A DNA stretch of 64,000 nt from Alphaproteobacteria bacterium (GCA_015062305.1 SUUX01000006.1:8116-72115), one strand, 5' to 3'. Counted from the first letter of the stretch, positions 8,598 through 20,001 are shown. Numbers and translations: made by a program. Notes: generated from the sequence alone by a model not told the origin.

Positions 8598-9260
8598 TTA
8601 TTTGCTTCCAACTTCTTTTATTAGCTCTCTCACAAACTTTTTCAGCCCAACTTGGCGCACTCTTTTCATCCTTTCTCCAGATATAATTTTTTGAATTTTA
8701 GTAACCGTTTCTTGCAAATCAACATTTACAATAACATAATCAAATTCAGTCCAATGACTCATCTTATCTAAGATAATGCCCATTCTTTGTTCTATTACTT
8801 CTTTTGAATCTGTTTTTCTGTTTTCCAATCTTGAGCGCAATTCTTTTATAGACGGCGGAAGCAAATAAATAGTAACCACATCTTGACCGGCCTTTTCTTT
8901 CATTTGTCTAGCCCCTGCCCAATCCATATCAAATATCACATCTTGTCCAACATTAATAAAACTATCAACCTCAGAGCGCAAAGTCCCATATCTTGAACCA
9001 TATTGAGAATCTACATATTCATAAAAAGCATCTTGTTTCATAAATTCATTATACTGTTCATCTGAAACAAAATAATAATCCACTCCCTCAACTTCTCCTT
9101 CTCGAGGTTTTCTTGTTGTTACAGAAATAGAAAATTTTATGTTTGAATCATTTTTCAACAATTCTTTTATTACCGTTCCTTTACCTGTACCGGAAGGAGC
9201 CTCAATAATAAACATAGCGCCTTTTCTAACCTTGCGTAAACGATTAATGATTTCATTCAT
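8598..9260 (-). CDS. gmk: Guanylate kinase
   Basis: P-loop APSGTGKGTV and GMP-binding SVTTRKPREGEVEGVDYYFVS. Confidence 0.9.
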   Translation of the reverse strand: MNEIINRLRKVRKGAMFIIEAPSGTGKGTVIKELLKNDSNIKFSISVTTRKPREGEVEGVDYYFVSDEQYNEFMKQDAFYEYVDSQYGSRYGTLRSEVDSFINVGQDVIFDMDWAGARQMKEKAGQDVVTIYLLPPSIKELRSRLENRKTDSKEVIEQRMGIILDKMSHWTEFDYVIVNVDLQETVTKIQKIISGERMKRVRQVGLKKFVRELIKEVGSK

Positions 9261-9271
9261 AACTCTTTTCC

Positions 9272-10174
9272 TTATTCAATATTTTGAATTTGTTCTCTAA
9301 ATTGCTCTATCAGAGCTTTCAATTCCATTCCCAAGGCTGTCTGTTCAACATCGCTTGACTTTGAACATGTTGTATTTGCCTCTCGATTAAGTTCTTGGCA
9401 CAAAAAATCAAGTCTTCTACCAACTGCTTCAGACGAGTTTAACAGCTCAGCTGCTGTCTGAATATGCGCCTTAAGCCTATCAATTTCTTCTCTTACATCC
9501 GCTCTGGTAACGTACAAAACAACTTCTTGAGCCAAACGATCTTCATTGATATTTGCATCTCCAAGCCACTGTTTTATTTGCTCATCTAGTTTTTTCTTTA
9601 TTTTTTCTGGTTGACTATTTGCAATATCTTCCAACCTTTGTACTATAGCAGATATCTTTTCCAATATTGCACTAAGAGCTCCTTGAACCTTTTCTCCTTC
9701 ATTCCTTCTGTCTACAGCCAATTTGCGACACAACACCTCAAAATCTTCCATCAAATGAGCGCACAATATAGCCCTATCAGCATCAGAAAAAGGTGTTTCA
9801 ACTGTTTCTACCACCCCGCGCATTGATAAAAGATCTGTGCTCCTAGGCTTTTCCAGTTCATTTTCATAATTATAATAAAGCTCTATTGCCTTATCTGTTA
9901 ACTGTTTCAACAAAGCGTCATTTATTTTAACTTGTGTATTTTCGTTGCAATTTTGCAGTTCCAAAAAGACACTAACATTTCCTCGTTGCAAATATTTTCC
10001 TGCAATTCTTTTTAATTCAAAAGACAGATCCTCATATTCCAACGGCAACTTGGTTTTAATATCCAATGCTTTCCCGTTCACACTTTTAACTTCAAACAAC
10101 CATTTTACATCATGTAAACCTGTCTGTAATTCTCCGGTGGCTCTTGCAAAGCCTGTCATACTTGATATACTCAA
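9272..10174 (-). CDS. yicC: YicC family stress-induced protein
   Basis: N-terminal MTGFARATG... YicC_N signature. 300 aa. Conserved gmk-yicC neighbourhood. Confidence 0.85.
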   Translation of the reverse strand: MSISSMTGFARATGELQTGLHDVKWLFEVKSVNGKALDIKTKLPLEYEDLSFELKRIAGKYLQRGNVSVFLELQNCNENTQVKINDALLKQLTDKAIELYYNYENELEKPRSTDLLSMRGVVETVETPFSDADRAILCAHLMEDFEVLCRKLAVDRRNEGEKVQGALSAILEKISAIVQRLEDIANSQPEKIKKKLDEQIKQWLGDANINEDRLAQEVVLYVTRADVREEIDRLKAHIQTAAELLNSSEAVGRRLDFLCQELNREANTTCSKSSDVEQTALGMELKALIEQFREQIQNIE

Positions 10175-10248
10175 AGCACTACTCCTTGTTATATTTTAAA
10201 CCAACATACAACAAAAAACTTAACAAGTTTTTACTTTGGAGAAAAAAC

Positions 10249-11013
10249 ATGCCAATCAACAAAAATATTCTAATTACTGGAGCCTCCAGTGGAATTGGAG
10301 AGGCCCTTGCCTTATATTACGCATCTCACAAAGCTCGCAATATTTTTATTTGTGGCCGAAACGAAGAACGTCTTCAAAATGTTGCAAACAAATGTCAACA
10401 AGTAGGATGCAAAAATGTTTTTTTTCAAAAAATAGATATCACAAACAAACAAGAAGTATCTTCATGGATAACCTCTTGCAATAAACAAGCTCCATTAAAC
10501 ATCGTTTTTGCCAACGCAGGCGTTTCTACAGGAGCCGAAACAACTGAAAACGCTTATGCCACCCTCAACACCAATGTAATGGGTGTTGCAAACACCGTAC
10601 TACCAACCATAGAACTATACAAAGCTCGCAAAGATAACGCCCCTAAAACCATTGCCATAACCAGTTCTATTGCCGGATATCACGGATTAAAATCCTGTCC
10701 TTCATATAGTGCAAGCAAAGCTTGTGTTAAAGCATGGGGAGAGGCTCTTCGCCTAGCGTTAAAACCAGAAAACATTAATGTCTCGGTCATCTGCCCTGGA
10801 TTTGTTCGTTCTCGAATAACCGATAAAAACACGTGCCCTATGCCATTCTTTATGGAGGCAGAAAAGGCAGCAGAAATCATTGCCACCAGGCTAGATAAAA
10901 ACATTGGGCTAATTGCTTTTCCTTGGCCAATGCGTTTTGCCACATGGTTAGTCTCGATTCTCCCCAATTGTATCAGCGACTTCATTTACTCTCGCATGCC
11001 CTACAAAGTCTAA
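10249..11013 (+). CDS. Short-chain dehydrogenase/reductase (SDR) family oxidoreductase
   Basis: ILITGASSGIGEALA cofactor motif, YSASKA catalytic YxxxK. Start moved to the ATG at 10249, which has GGAGAAAAAAC upstream; the 35-aa extension in the ORF track is unsupported. Confidence 0.85.
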   Translation: MPINKNILITGASSGIGEALALYYASHKARNIFICGRNEERLQNVANKCQQVGCKNVFFQKIDITNKQEVSSWITSCNKQAPLNIVFANAGVSTGAETTENAYATLNTNVMGVANTVLPTIELYKARKDNAPKTIAITSSIAGYHGLKSCPSYSASKACVKAWGEALRLALKPENINVSVICPGFVRSRITDKNTCPMPFFMEAEKAAEIIATRLDKNIGLIAFPWPMRFATWLVSILPNCISDFIYSRMPYKV

Positions 11014-12321
11014 AGCCCCGCCCATCGAGCGATGTCTTACCAAAAACAACAGAATTAACAACGCTGGCACAGACATTAAAGATGTTAAAGTAAAAAAAGC
11101 AGACCAAGAAACAGCCGTCACAACAAATCCCGATGTTGCTGCAAACACGTCTCTGGCCAAACTCATAAAAGATGATAACAAAGCATATTGTGTTGCTGTA
11201 TAAGCAACATTACACAACGAAGAAAGATACGCCACAAAAGCTGCAGTACTTAGCCCTCCAGATATATTTTCCACAGAAATCGTAACCATCAAAGCATAAA
11301 TATTATGTCCTACTTCTGCTTGCCATACAAAAACTAAATTAGACAATCCTTGCAAAACCCCACACCAAAGCAAAGATTTTATAATGCCAAATCGGCTAAC
11401 CACCAAACCTCCTAAAAGGGTTCCTGCAATAGTAGCAATAATGCCATAAACCTTTATTACAGATGCAATTTCAATTTTTGAAAACCCCATATCATCATAA
11501 AAAGGATAAGCCATCGGTGCAATATAAGCATCACTCATTTTATACAAAAACACAAACAATAAAATTAACAACCAATGAGGTCTTGCCATAAAATCAGCCA
11601 ATGGACCATAAAGAGCATTTTTCAAAAAAAGCACCCCTCTTTTCCATAAATTCTCTTTTTTCTTTTTTGCACTTTTTTCCTTTAATTTTTTGGGTTCTTT
11701 AGAGAGCAAAATAGTAACCATTCCAACAACAGCCCCCAAAGTCATTATTTTATAGACATCTTCCCAACTCATTACCGCAGCCAAAAATAAAGCTCCGGCT
11801 CCAGAAAAAATCGTTCCGATCCGATATCCCAAAACAAAAACTGCCACTCCGGCACCCTGTTCTCTATTATTAAAACTCTCGATTCTATATGCATCCAAAA
11901 CAATATCTTGCGTTGCAGAAGCAACAACAGTCAAAAAAGCAAAAACAGCCATATGCCAAGGATTTAACGTCGGATTTGTAATAGACATCCCTAACAACGC
12001 AAAAAACAACAGCAATTGCGAAAACAATGCCCAACCTCTACGCCGTCCCAATTTTCCAAATAAAGGCAACTGAACTCTATCAACAATTGGCGACCATATC
12101 CATTTCATACTATAAGGAGCTTTAGCCAAAGAAAACAATCCTATTGCTGCCAAGGAGACTCCTGCATCTTTCAACCACAAATTAAAAGTTCCAAAAACCA
12201 ACAAATAAGGAAAACCGCTGGAAAAACCCAACAGCACCATTTTTAACATTCTGCGATCAAAATAAACCTTAGCGGCTCTAATCCATTTCTCTAACATAGC
12301 TCCTCCTAACACCCCATTCAT
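10948..12321 (-). CDS. ampG: MFS transporter, AmpG (muropeptide permease) family
   Basis: LLGFSSGFPYLLVFGTFNLWLKDAGVSL... is an AmpG N-terminal signature. About 12 TM, 457 aa. Confidence 0.75.
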   Translation of the reverse strand: MNGVLGGAMLEKWIRAAKVYFDRRMLKMVLLGFSSGFPYLLVFGTFNLWLKDAGVSLAAIGLFSLAKAPYSMKWIWSPIVDRVQLPLFGKLGRRRGWALFSQLLLFFALLGMSITNPTLNPWHMAVFAFLTVVASATQDIVLDAYRIESFNNREQGAGVAVFVLGYRIGTIFSGAGALFLAAVMSWEDVYKIMTLGAVVGMVTILLSKEPKKLKEKSAKKKKENLWKRGVLFLKNALYGPLADFMARPHWLLILLFVFLYKMSDAYIAPMAYPFYDDMGFSKIEIASVIKVYGIIATIAGTLLGGLVVSRFGIIKSLLWCGVLQGLSNLVFVWQAEVGHNIYALMVTISVENISGGLSTAAFVAYLSSLCNVAYTATQYALLSSFMSLARDVFAATSGFVVTAVSWSAFFTLTSLMSVPALLILLFLVRHRSMGGALDFVGHARVNEVADTIGENRD

Positions 12322-12416
12322 AACACAAGAGATTTAAGAAAAAACTAAAATACCCCTTTAATCCCATATCTAAAAGCCTATATAAAATATACCTAAAACA
12401 AAGGATAAATTGTACA

Positions 12417-13319
12417 ATGCTATGGATTATCAATGGGTTAATTTATGGTTTTTTCACTGCCTTATATACCCTCGTAAACCAACGCCACAAATTTAATGGC
12501 TACATTTTAGGAATATGGCGAGGCTTTGGTATTGCAATTATCTTTTTTCCCTTTCTTTTTTTATTTCCTCCCCAAACACTTGCGTTCAATTGGGCTTTAT
12601 TAATTTTTCAAGGATGGTTAATTGGCATTTACGATTCCCATTTATTTTTCTCTTCTGCTCAATATGGAGCAGGGCCCACTTCACGAACACTAGCCGTATC
12701 GTCATTAATCACAACCATCATATGGTGGATTATGACCCCAAATTTATTTTTTGAACTTATCGCAAACGAAAATGTCTTTATAACCTTAACATTCGTTCTT
12801 GCAGGGTTCACTGTCAGCTATTGGTATATGATAAAAACCCCCATCAGCAGAGCCGTTGCTCTCTATATGATTCCAGCCATCTTTGCTCTCGCCGGCATGA
12901 GCATAGCCACCAAAGAAATTGCGATGATGGGACAAGATGTTTGGTCTAATTTAACTTATTATTTAGTCGTCGCCACCTTTGTAAGCGGATGCTACAATAC
13001 AATTCAATATATCAAAAAAGAACAACCTAACACCAAGACATTCTTTAGCAACGTCTTTGCTCCTGAAATTGTAAAAACAGGCATATATATCATCGGCTTC
13101 TCAACACTTCTTATTGCATCAAAAACTATGGCGATGCGTCTTGCCCCAAACCCCGGATACGTTGTTGCCTTAGTTTTATCAGCGCCAATATTTGTATATA
13201 TCCTAAACAAGCACAACAAAATTCCAGATAACATCTCTGTCAAAGCTGGTTTCTGCATGCTTTTTTTTCTTGTTTTACTACTAATTATTGTTAATGGAAA
13301 TTGGGGAATAACAGACTAG
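12417..13319 (+). CDS. Polytopic membrane protein, hypothetical (about 10 TM; possibly DMT/EamA-like)
   Basis: Hydrophobic throughout; no diagnostic motif. 3' end overlaps the hemW 3' end convergently. Confidence 0.5.
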   Translation: MLWIINGLIYGFFTALYTLVNQRHKFNGYILGIWRGFGIAIIFFPFLFLFPPQTLAFNWALLIFQGWLIGIYDSHLFFSSAQYGAGPTSRTLAVSSLITTIIWWIMTPNLFFELIANENVFITLTFVLAGFTVSYWYMIKTPISRAVALYMIPAIFALAGMSIATKEIAMMGQDVWSNLTYYLVVATFVSGCYNTIQYIKKEQPNTKTFFSNVFAPEIVKTGIYIIGFSTLLIASKTMAMRLAPNPGYVVALVLSAPIFVYILNKHNKIPDNISVKAGFCMLFFLVLLLIIVNGNWGITD

Positions 13320-14390
13320 ACTTTCAATAATTTTATTTAACAGTACAAAACCTTTTTTTGTTACCTTTACCTTGATATCAGTATCCTGTATCAAACCACT
13401 TTGTTCTAACTCTTGTTTTTTTTCTTTGCTTACAAAATCATCAAACCTCAAACCGCAACAATCTTCAAAATGTTTCTTATTAATTCCTTCAACCAACCTT
13501 AGTCCCATCAAAACCAATTCTTCAGCTCTTTCTTCTTTAGTAAGAGCCTCCATTTTTCTACAATGCTCAACAGCCCAAACTTGACCATCAACACTTATTC
13601 TTCCGTGCGCTCCCTGTCCAACACCAACATAATCATCTCCTTGCCAATACAGCTTATTATGTCTGCACTCAAACCCATCCTTTGCATAATTAGATACCTC
13701 ATATTGTTTATACCCATACTCTGCAAGAACTTCTCCTGTCATTGTATACAAAGCCACTGCCGCATCATCATTCAGTGCTTGCACGCCTTTTTTTGCAAAA
13801 ACAGTTCCTTCTTCTATCATAAGTTGATACAACGATAAATGCCGAAAACCTAACGAACAAAATTGCATCAACTCTTTTTGCCACATCTCTTTATTTTGAT
13901 TTGGCAAAGCATACATCATATCTGCTGAATGATTATCAAAGACACGCACCACCTTTTCAGCCACCAACAAAGCATCTTCCACACTGTGCGTTCTACCCAA
14001 AAACTTCAAACTTTCATCGTTCAAAGATTGAACACCCAAAGACAATCTGTTTATACCTGCTTTACGTAAATCTTCAAACAAATTGGGCTTATTTGTATTT
14101 GGGTTTGCTTCCAACGATATCTCTACATTATCACCAAAACCCCAAAATTTATCGACAGCGTCAATCACTCTCTCCACATTTTTAGGCGTTAAAAGAGACG
14201 GCGTTCCTCCCCCAAAAAACAATGAAGAAACTTTTCTTCTTTTTGTTTTTGCTGCATAATATGCTAAATCATCAACATATTTATCAATCAACATATCTTG
14301 AGGCACATCAGACTTCACCTTACTGAAAAAATCACAATAAGGGCATTTGCTGCGGCAAAATGGCCAATGTATATAAACCCCAAAAGACAT
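13281..14390 (-). CDS. hemW: Radical SAM heme chaperone HemW (HemN-like, oxygen-independent coproporphyrinogen oxidase family)
   Basis: N-terminal HWPFCRSKCPYCDFFS (CxxxCxxC at residues 12-19). 369 aa, which is HemW size. Confidence 0.85.
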   Translation of the reverse strand: MSFGVYIHWPFCRSKCPYCDFFSKVKSDVPQDMLIDKYVDDLAYYAAKTKRRKVSSLFFGGGTPSLLTPKNVERVIDAVDKFWGFGDNVEISLEANPNTNKPNLFEDLRKAGINRLSLGVQSLNDESLKFLGRTHSVEDALLVAEKVVRVFDNHSADMMYALPNQNKEMWQKELMQFCSLGFRHLSLYQLMIEEGTVFAKKGVQALNDDAAVALYTMTGEVLAEYGYKQYEVSNYAKDGFECRHNKLYWQGDDYVGVGQGAHGRISVDGQVWAVEHCRKMEALTKEERAEELVLMGLRLVEGINKKHFEDCCGLRFDDFVSKEKKQELEQSGLIQDTDIKVKVTKKGFVLLNKIIESLVCYSPISINNN

Positions 14391-15697
14391 TATAAAATAA
14401 ACTTAGATAAATCTGTTGCTTTAGTATACTTACCCAATTTTTCTTCAACCATCTGAGGTGTTATTAATATTGATTGTCCGCTTTTATCTGAGGCTGCAAA
14501 GCTTATTTCTTCCAGCAATATCTCTAGCACTGTATGCAATCGCCGCGCTCCAATATTTTCCACATTTTCATTTATTTCTACAGCAATATCTGCAATTTTT
14601 TCAATAGCCTTAGGCTCAAAAGACAAAGCAAACTCTTCTGTCCCCAACAAAGCAATATACTGCTCTATTAAATTTGCCTCTGGCTCCGTTAGTATTCTTA
14701 CAAAATCTTTTCTATTAAGAGCTTTAAGTTCCACTCTTATTGGTAACCTACCCTGCAACTCTGGCAACAAGTCAGAAGGCTTTGCCAAATGAAAAGCGCC
14801 AGAACATATAAATAAAATATGATCTGTTTTAACCATTCCATGTTTTGTTGTAACCGTAGTTCCTTCAATCAAAGGCAACAAATCTCTTTGCACCCCTTCT
14901 CTAGACACATCTGCTCGTCCACCTTCTGATTTTCCTGTAATTTTATCAATCTCATCAATAAACACTATTCCATCATTTTCAACAGCTTTTATTGCTTCTC
15001 TTGTGATAGAATCATTATCCAACAATTTATCACACTCTTCATCTATCAGCACTTTATGAGCATCAGCAACTTTCATTTTCTTTGTCTTATATTTAGGAGA
15101 ACTTCCTCCCAACAAATCGCCCAAACTAATCATCCCCATAGATGCCCCTGGCATACCTGGAATGTCTATTGTCGGCATAGATGCATTTCCATTGTCCAAT
15201 AAGGCAATATCTATTTCCTTATCATCCAATTTTCCATCTCTCAACATTTGTTTAAACTTCTGTTTTGTTTCATCTCCTGCATTTGAACCAACAAGAGCCT
15301 CTAACAATCTTTCTTCTGCCCCATCTTCTGCTCTGGCACAAACCTGCTTGCGCATTAATTTTCTGGTGTCATTTAAGGCAATTTCAACCAAATCTCTAAT
15401 TATACTTTCAACATCTCGTCCCACATATCCGATTTCTGTAAATTTAGTTGCTTCAACTTTAATAAACGGAGCCTTTGCCAGTTTTGCCAATCTTCTAGAT
15501 ATTTCTGTTTTTCCCACTCCCGTTGGACCAACCATCAAAATATTTTTTGGCACAATCTCTTCTCTTAGTTTTTCTGGCAATTGCATTCTTCTCCACCTAT
15601 TACGCAAGGCAACAGCCACCGCTTTTTTAGCATCTTCTTGACCAATAATAAATTTATCCAATTCCGAAACAATTTCTCTAGGGCTAAAGTTAGTCAT
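14390..15697 (-). CDS. hslU: ATP-dependent protease ATPase subunit HslU
   Basis: [21 protein letters not shown]. 435 aa. Overlaps hslV. Confidence 0.95.
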   Translation of the reverse strand: MTNFSPREIVSELDKFIIGQEDAKKAVAVALRNRWRRMQLPEKLREEIVPKNILMVGPTGVGKTEISRRLAKLAKAPFIKVEATKFTEIGYVGRDVESIIRDLVEIALNDTRKLMRKQVCARAEDGAEERLLEALVGSNAGDETKQKFKQMLRDGKLDDKEIDIALLDNGNASMPTIDIPGMPGASMGMISLGDLLGGSSPKYKTKKMKVADAHKVLIDEECDKLLDNDSITREAIKAVENDGIVFIDEIDKITGKSEGGRADVSREGVQRDLLPLIEGTTVTTKHGMVKTDHILFICSGAFHLAKPSDLLPELQGRLPIRVELKALNRKDFVRILTEPEANLIEQYIALLGTEEFALSFEPKAIEKIADIAVEINENVENIGARRLHTVLEILLEEISFAASDKSGQSILITPQMVEEKLGKYTKATDLSKFIL

Positions 15698-16220
15698 TGC
15701 TTATCTTCTCCACAACTACATTATGATTAGTATAAATATCAATATCACCAGCAATCTTCATTGCCCGTTCTGCAATTTCTTGAAGTGTTAAATTAGGTAT
15801 TTCATACAAAGCCTTTGCTGCTGCCATAGCATAATTTCCACCACTTCCAATCCCTATTATGCCATCATCTGGCTCCATCACTTCTCCTGTACCAGATATT
15901 ACCAAAGACGTTTCTTTATCTGCCACAATCATAAAAGCTTGTAGTTGGCGCAAATATTTATCCATTCTCCAATCCTTTGCCAGTTCTACTGCTGCTCTTT
16001 TCAATTGGTTTGCGTGTTTTTCCAACTTTGCTTCCAGGCGCTCAATCAATGTAATACCATCTGCAGCGGCTCCAGCAAATCCTGCGATAATTTTTCCATT
16101 TCCAATTCTTCTTACTTTAACTGACTTAGATTTAAAAATAACAGCCTCTCCCAAAGTAGCCTGACCATCACCAGCCATAACAACTTCGTTACCTTTACGC
16201 ACACACAAAATTGTTGTCAT
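15690..16220 (-). CDS. hslV: ATP-dependent protease subunit HslV
   Basis: [20 protein letters not shown] with N-terminal Thr nucleophile. 176 aa. Confidence 0.95.
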   Translation of the reverse strand: MTTILCVRKGNEVVMAGDGQATLGEAVIFKSKSVKVRRIGNGKIIAGFAGAAADGITLIERLEAKLEKHANQLKRAAVELAKDWRMDKYLRQLQAFMIVADKETSLVISGTGEVMEPDDGIIGIGSGGNYAMAAAKALYEIPNLTLQEIAERAMKIAGDIDIYTNHNVVVEKISND

Positions 16221-16275
16221 ATTTTTTTCCTTTATAAAAAATCCTACATCTTATTTAGTAAACTTTTTCGCCCAA

Positions 16276-16309
16276 TGCAAGTAAAGCCCGTAAAAACGGG
16301 CCTTACTTG
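16276..16309. terminator. Hairpin between the lipoprotein gene 3' end and the hslV start (putative terminator)
   Basis: GCAAGTAAAGCCCG taaaaa CGGGCCTTACTTGC (14-bp stem, 1 mismatch), followed by gaaTATTTTTTATT. Confidence 0.4.
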
Positions 16310-16324
16310 CGAATATTTTTTATT

Positions 16325-18460
16325 CTACTTCTTACCGCTCTTCATCGGTTTTGGCGATTTATCTTTGGAATTATCAATAGCGTCAGCCAAAGGTGTTTCA
16401 AAAGTCTTAAACCCAACAGGCTTTCTTGTTCCAAATTCACGACCACAAATCTCAAGACCCAAACTTTTCAGAGCTGTTTCTATCGGAATAAACAAATCCG
16501 GAGTTTCATCATCTTTTTTGGACTTATGAGCCATTCCCACAATATTACCGTGTCTATCAATCAAGGCTCCGCCCAGAGTAACCGTTTGTACAAAAGTATC
16601 AACTATAATCTCAGCGTCTCCACTTTCTGTCCAACGATAACCAATAACTTTTCCTTCATTATCCAGATAACCTTCTCCTTCATCATCCAAATTTAACAAA
16701 CCCAAAGTCATCAAAATATCCTTATTCACTTCTGGCAATTGCAAAGACAAAGGAAGTGGAGAAAATTTTGTTGGCTCATCAAGCATCAACAAGGCCACAT
16801 TTTTACTAGGATTCACTCTCAAAGCAGCAGCTTTCATTTCTTTGCCGTTAATTGTCTTAATTTTGAAATTATTATCATTTTTAACCATCAAATCAGCTGA
16901 AGTCAAAATTAAATTATCCGCAATAATCAAGCCCGCTCCTTTGTATCCATTCATATTTTCAACAGATACTATAGATGCTCTAACTTTATACAAATTATGA
17001 GGGTTCATATCTTCATAAGGAGGATTATTCTTAATACAAAAAGAATTATCTATATTTGCAAACGAATTTTCTAATTCTCCTTTTCCAACAACCAAAGCTT
17101 CTTCATTCGTATCCAACGGCACATCCACCCAATAGTCTTCCAAGACCTTGATATTGTCGGAAACTGTCACATTTTTGACCACAGTACGACTATCCTCATC
17201 AATGGCCACCATTTGACATTCATCATCAATAGCCACAGAAGAACCTGTTCCAACAATACCAGAATCCTCCACTATCGGGGTCAAAGCAACCATATCACCA
17301 ACTGGCTCCAACACTGTTTCTACAATTTCTTCTGTTGCACAAGTACCACATGGAGCCTCTGCCACACAAGTATCACAAACAGAGGTTGCATATCCTGTTC
17401 CGCTTACACCGCCTCTTTCATCAACAAATACTGTCCTTCCTCCAGAAGCCTCAGTCACAAAAGCTTTAGAAGCTAGGGACTTTTGTCCTGGCACAATCAC
17501 CTTATCAGCCACACATTTTTGCAACAACTCCACTCCTTGCATCATTGGGGCATATTGAGCAGCAAACGTATTTTCTCCCAACGCTTTTCCTCTCACAAAA
17601 GCCCACTGCTGAGCCAACACCTCGGGTCTAATACGCTGCGACAATGTTTCATTAAAGCACTGCAACTCCGGAACTTTTGTCAAAGCATCTTCAAAAGCTC
17701 TTTCTGCCAACAAAGTTTCACCATTTGGTTCTCCTTCAGAAATCTGTCCATAGCCGGTTGTCATACCTCGACAATAAACCTCAGATTTATCTAGGCTCAT
17801 AACACGCCAAACCACAGTCATTTCAGAAGAACCGCTTCTCAGCTTCTTTTGCTTTACATTCTCCCAATCAAACTCATCACATATATTCATAAAATAATCT
17901 GTAATTTCTGCAGTCATAATATATTCAGGAATCTCAATTTTGTCTGAATCTGCATAATACGGATTTGTCTTATCCACCACCACAGGATAATAGTCATTCA
18001 TCGTTTCAAAAAACACATCAAAGAAGTGCATATCTTTTTGCATTGCTCTGCCTTCATTCAAAAAGACATTTTTGCTTTCTCTGCGGCAACCGAAAATTCT
18101 AAATCTGTAATTACCCAGCTTGGTATTATAATTTTCATATTCGCCATTTTTTCTAATTCTAAAATCAACATATTCCAGTTTCACAGGAGCAAAACTATCT
18201 CTTCTTTGATGCAAATACAAATAAGCATCTTGCTGTTCTTCATCCAAAATCAATGTCTGATAACGAGGTTTGAGAGTGTCTTGCAAATAAGAAAAACGCT
18301 TAACAGGTTTTTTCTTCATCGGCTCACACATACAATCAAACAGTCCCAGAGTCGATTCGCTACCGTCACACATACACGGAATCAGCTCAGGACTTTCTTT
18401 GCTACAAGAGCTAAGCACCAATGCAAACGCTAGGATTTTCAAACCAATATTTTTCTTCAT
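16325..18460 (-). CDS. Large Cys-rich lipoprotein with a degenerate (catalytically dead) trypsin-like/DegP-like domain
   Basis: Lipobox ...ALVLSSC. CxC/CxxC clusters (PCMCDGS..DCMCEP; SVCDTCVAEAPCGTCATEE). C-terminal S1-fold blocks LILTSADLM, NVALLML and TLGGALIDRHGNIVGM have His->D, Asp->N and Ser->L at the triad positions. Start set to the ATG at 18460 (GGGAG 7 nt upstream); the track's 18478 start is a TTG. Confidence 0.6.
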   Translation of the reverse strand: MKKNIGLKILAFALVLSSCSKESPELIPCMCDGSESTLGLFDCMCEPMKKKPVKRFSYLQDTLKPRYQTLILDEEQQDAYLYLHQRRDSFAPVKLEYVDFRIRKNGEYENYNTKLGNYRFRIFGCRRESKNVFLNEGRAMQKDMHFFDVFFETMNDYYPVVVDKTNPYYADSDKIEIPEYIMTAEITDYFMNICDEFDWENVKQKKLRSGSSEMTVVWRVMSLDKSEVYCRGMTTGYGQISEGEPNGETLLAERAFEDALTKVPELQCFNETLSQRIRPEVLAQQWAFVRGKALGENTFAAQYAPMMQGVELLQKCVADKVIVPGQKSLASKAFVTEASGGRTVFVDERGGVSGTGYATSVCDTCVAEAPCGTCATEEIVETVLEPVGDMVALTPIVEDSGIVGTGSSVAIDDECQMVAIDEDSRTVVKNVTVSDNIKVLEDYWVDVPLDTNEEALVVGKGELENSFANIDNSFCIKNNPPYEDMNPHNLYKVRASIVSVENMNGYKGAGLIIADNLILTSADLMVKNDNNFKIKTINGKEMKAAALRVNPSKNVALLMLDEPTKFSPLPLSLQLPEVNKDILMTLGLLNLDDEGEGYLDNEGKVIGYRWTESGDAEIIVDTFVQTVTLGGALIDRHGNIVGMAHKSKKDDETPDLFIPIETALKSLGLEICGREFGTRKPVGFKTFETPLADAIDNSKDKSPKPMKSGKK

Positions 18461-18474
18461 TATCATGCTCCCAT

Positions 18475-20001
18475 TCAAACTTTGCCTGGCAATGATCTTC
18501 TATAAGACAATGCCTCCGCTACATGGAGTTTAAGGACTTTTAATTCATTTTGCAAGTCCGCAATTGTTCTTGCTAACCGCAAAGTTCTATGATAAGCCCT
18601 TGCTGATAGTTTATTTTTTTCAGCAAACATCACCAATAACGACTTAGCATCATTATCCAGCTCTACAATTTCTTCCAACAAACGCCCCTTCAACCCTGCA
18701 TTGGTACATATTTTTGTCTCGCCAATTTTTCGCAATCTTTGCAACTGAATATTCCTAGCCGCTACAACCCTTTCTCTTATCTGTGCAGATGTTTCTCCCT
18801 GTTTTACATTTGCCAAATCCCACGGACTAACAGCAGGCACTTCTATTTGCATATCTATTCTATCCAATAAAGGCCCCGATATTTTTGCTTGATATTCCTG
18901 TGCACATAAAGGGGCTCTCTTGCATTCCAAAGCATGATCTCCTAAATGCCCGCACCGACAAGGATTCATAGCTGCAATCAGCTGAAAATTTGCCGGATAC
19001 GTTGTATGGGCATTAACTCTGGATATACTAACACTCCCATTTTCCAGCGGTTGTCTCAAAGCTTCTAATGTTGCTTTATTAAATTCCGGCAACTCATCCA
19101 AAAACAACACCCCATTATGAGCCAAAGAAATTTCTCCGGGTTGAGCTTTTCTTCCTCCTCCAACCAAAGCAGGTGTAGAAGCATTATGATGAGGATCCCG
19201 AAAAGGCCTATCAAAAGAAACCCTGCTATCTTTCAATTCTCCGGCAACAGAATGTATCATACTTGTATCCAAAGCCTCTTCCACAGACATCGGAGGCAAT
19301 ATCCCCGGCAATCTTGCCGCCAACATAGATTTTCCCGACCCCGGAGGCCCTATCATCAGCAAATTATGCCCTCCAGCAGCAGCCACTTCCAAAGCTTTTT
19401 TTGCACTTTCCTGCCCCTTGACATCTGCCATATCCAACAAATTTGCTTTTTCTTCTGCTCTCACAGCCTCCGGTTTGGCTAACAGACAAATACCTTTCAG
19501 ATGGTTCAGCAACTCGGTCAAATTTGAAGGAGCAACAATATTTTCAACTCCAGCCCACGCCGCTTCAGAGCCCTGTGCAGCGGGACAAATAACACCCTTT
19601 CCTCTTTTTCTTGCTTTCACAGCTGCCGGCAAAACACCATTAACTGGCAAAACAGAGCCATCAAGCCCCAATTCTCCCATCACCACATAAGCAGATAATT
19701 GTTCAGGCAAAACAACACCCATCACCGCCAACAAAGACAAAGCTATCGGTAAATCAAAATGAGACCCTTCTTTCAGCAAGTCAGCCGGAGCCAAATTAAT
19801 AACAATCCTCTTGGCGGGCAAATTCAATCCTAAAGATTGCAAAGCAGAACGAACTCTCTCCCTGCTTTCAGCAATAGCCTTATCAGGCAAACCAACGATA
19901 ATAAAATTGGGCAGACCTGCAGTCAATTGAACCTGCAAATCAACATCCAAAACTTCCAACCCATTAAACGTTATTGTATCAACCCTAGCTAGCATTCTCA
20001 C
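18475..20001 (-). CDS. comM: YifB/ComM family Mg-chelatase-like AAA+ ATPase
   Basis: N-terminal Lon-like domain, Walker A MIGPPGSGKSMLA. 508 aa. Confidence 0.9.
   Translation of the reverse strand: MRMLARVDTITFNGLEVLDVDLQVQLTAGLPNFIIVGLPDKAIAESRERVRSALQSLGLNLPAKRIVINLAPADLLKEGSHFDLPIALSLLAVMGVVLPEQLSAYVVMGELGLDGSVLPVNGVLPAAVKARKRGKGVICPAAQGSEAAWAGVENIVAPSNLTELLNHLKGICLLAKPEAVRAEEKANLLDMADVKGQESAKKALEVAAAGGHNLLMIGPPGSGKSMLAARLPGILPPMSVEEALDTSMIHSVAGELKDSRVSFDRPFRDPHHNASTPALVGGGRKAQPGEISLAHNGVLFLDELPEFNKATLEALRQPLENGSVSISRVNAHTTYPANFQLIAAMNPCRCGHLGDHALECKRAPLCAQEYQAKISGPLLDRIDMQIEVPAVSPWDLANVKQGETSAQIRERVVAARNIQLQRLRKIGETKICTNAGLKGRLLEEIVELDNDAKSLLVMFAEKNKLSARAYHRTLRLARTIADLQNELKVLKLHVAEALSYRRSLPGKV

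Noticed and set aside
13281-14390. Considered the radical-SAM gene as a HydE/HydG [FeFe]-hydrogenase maturase
   Set aside because: The CxxxCxxC motif sits at residues 12-19 and the protein is 369 aa with an HemN-like C-terminal domain, which is the HemW architecture. It is adjacent to hslU, not to the hyd operon.
16275-16696. Plus-strand ORFs 16275..16529 and 16307..16696 downstream of hslV
   Set aside because: They overlap the 3' end of the strongly supported lipoprotein gene and the hairpin at 16276-16309. There is no RBS, and the translations are hydrophobic junk.
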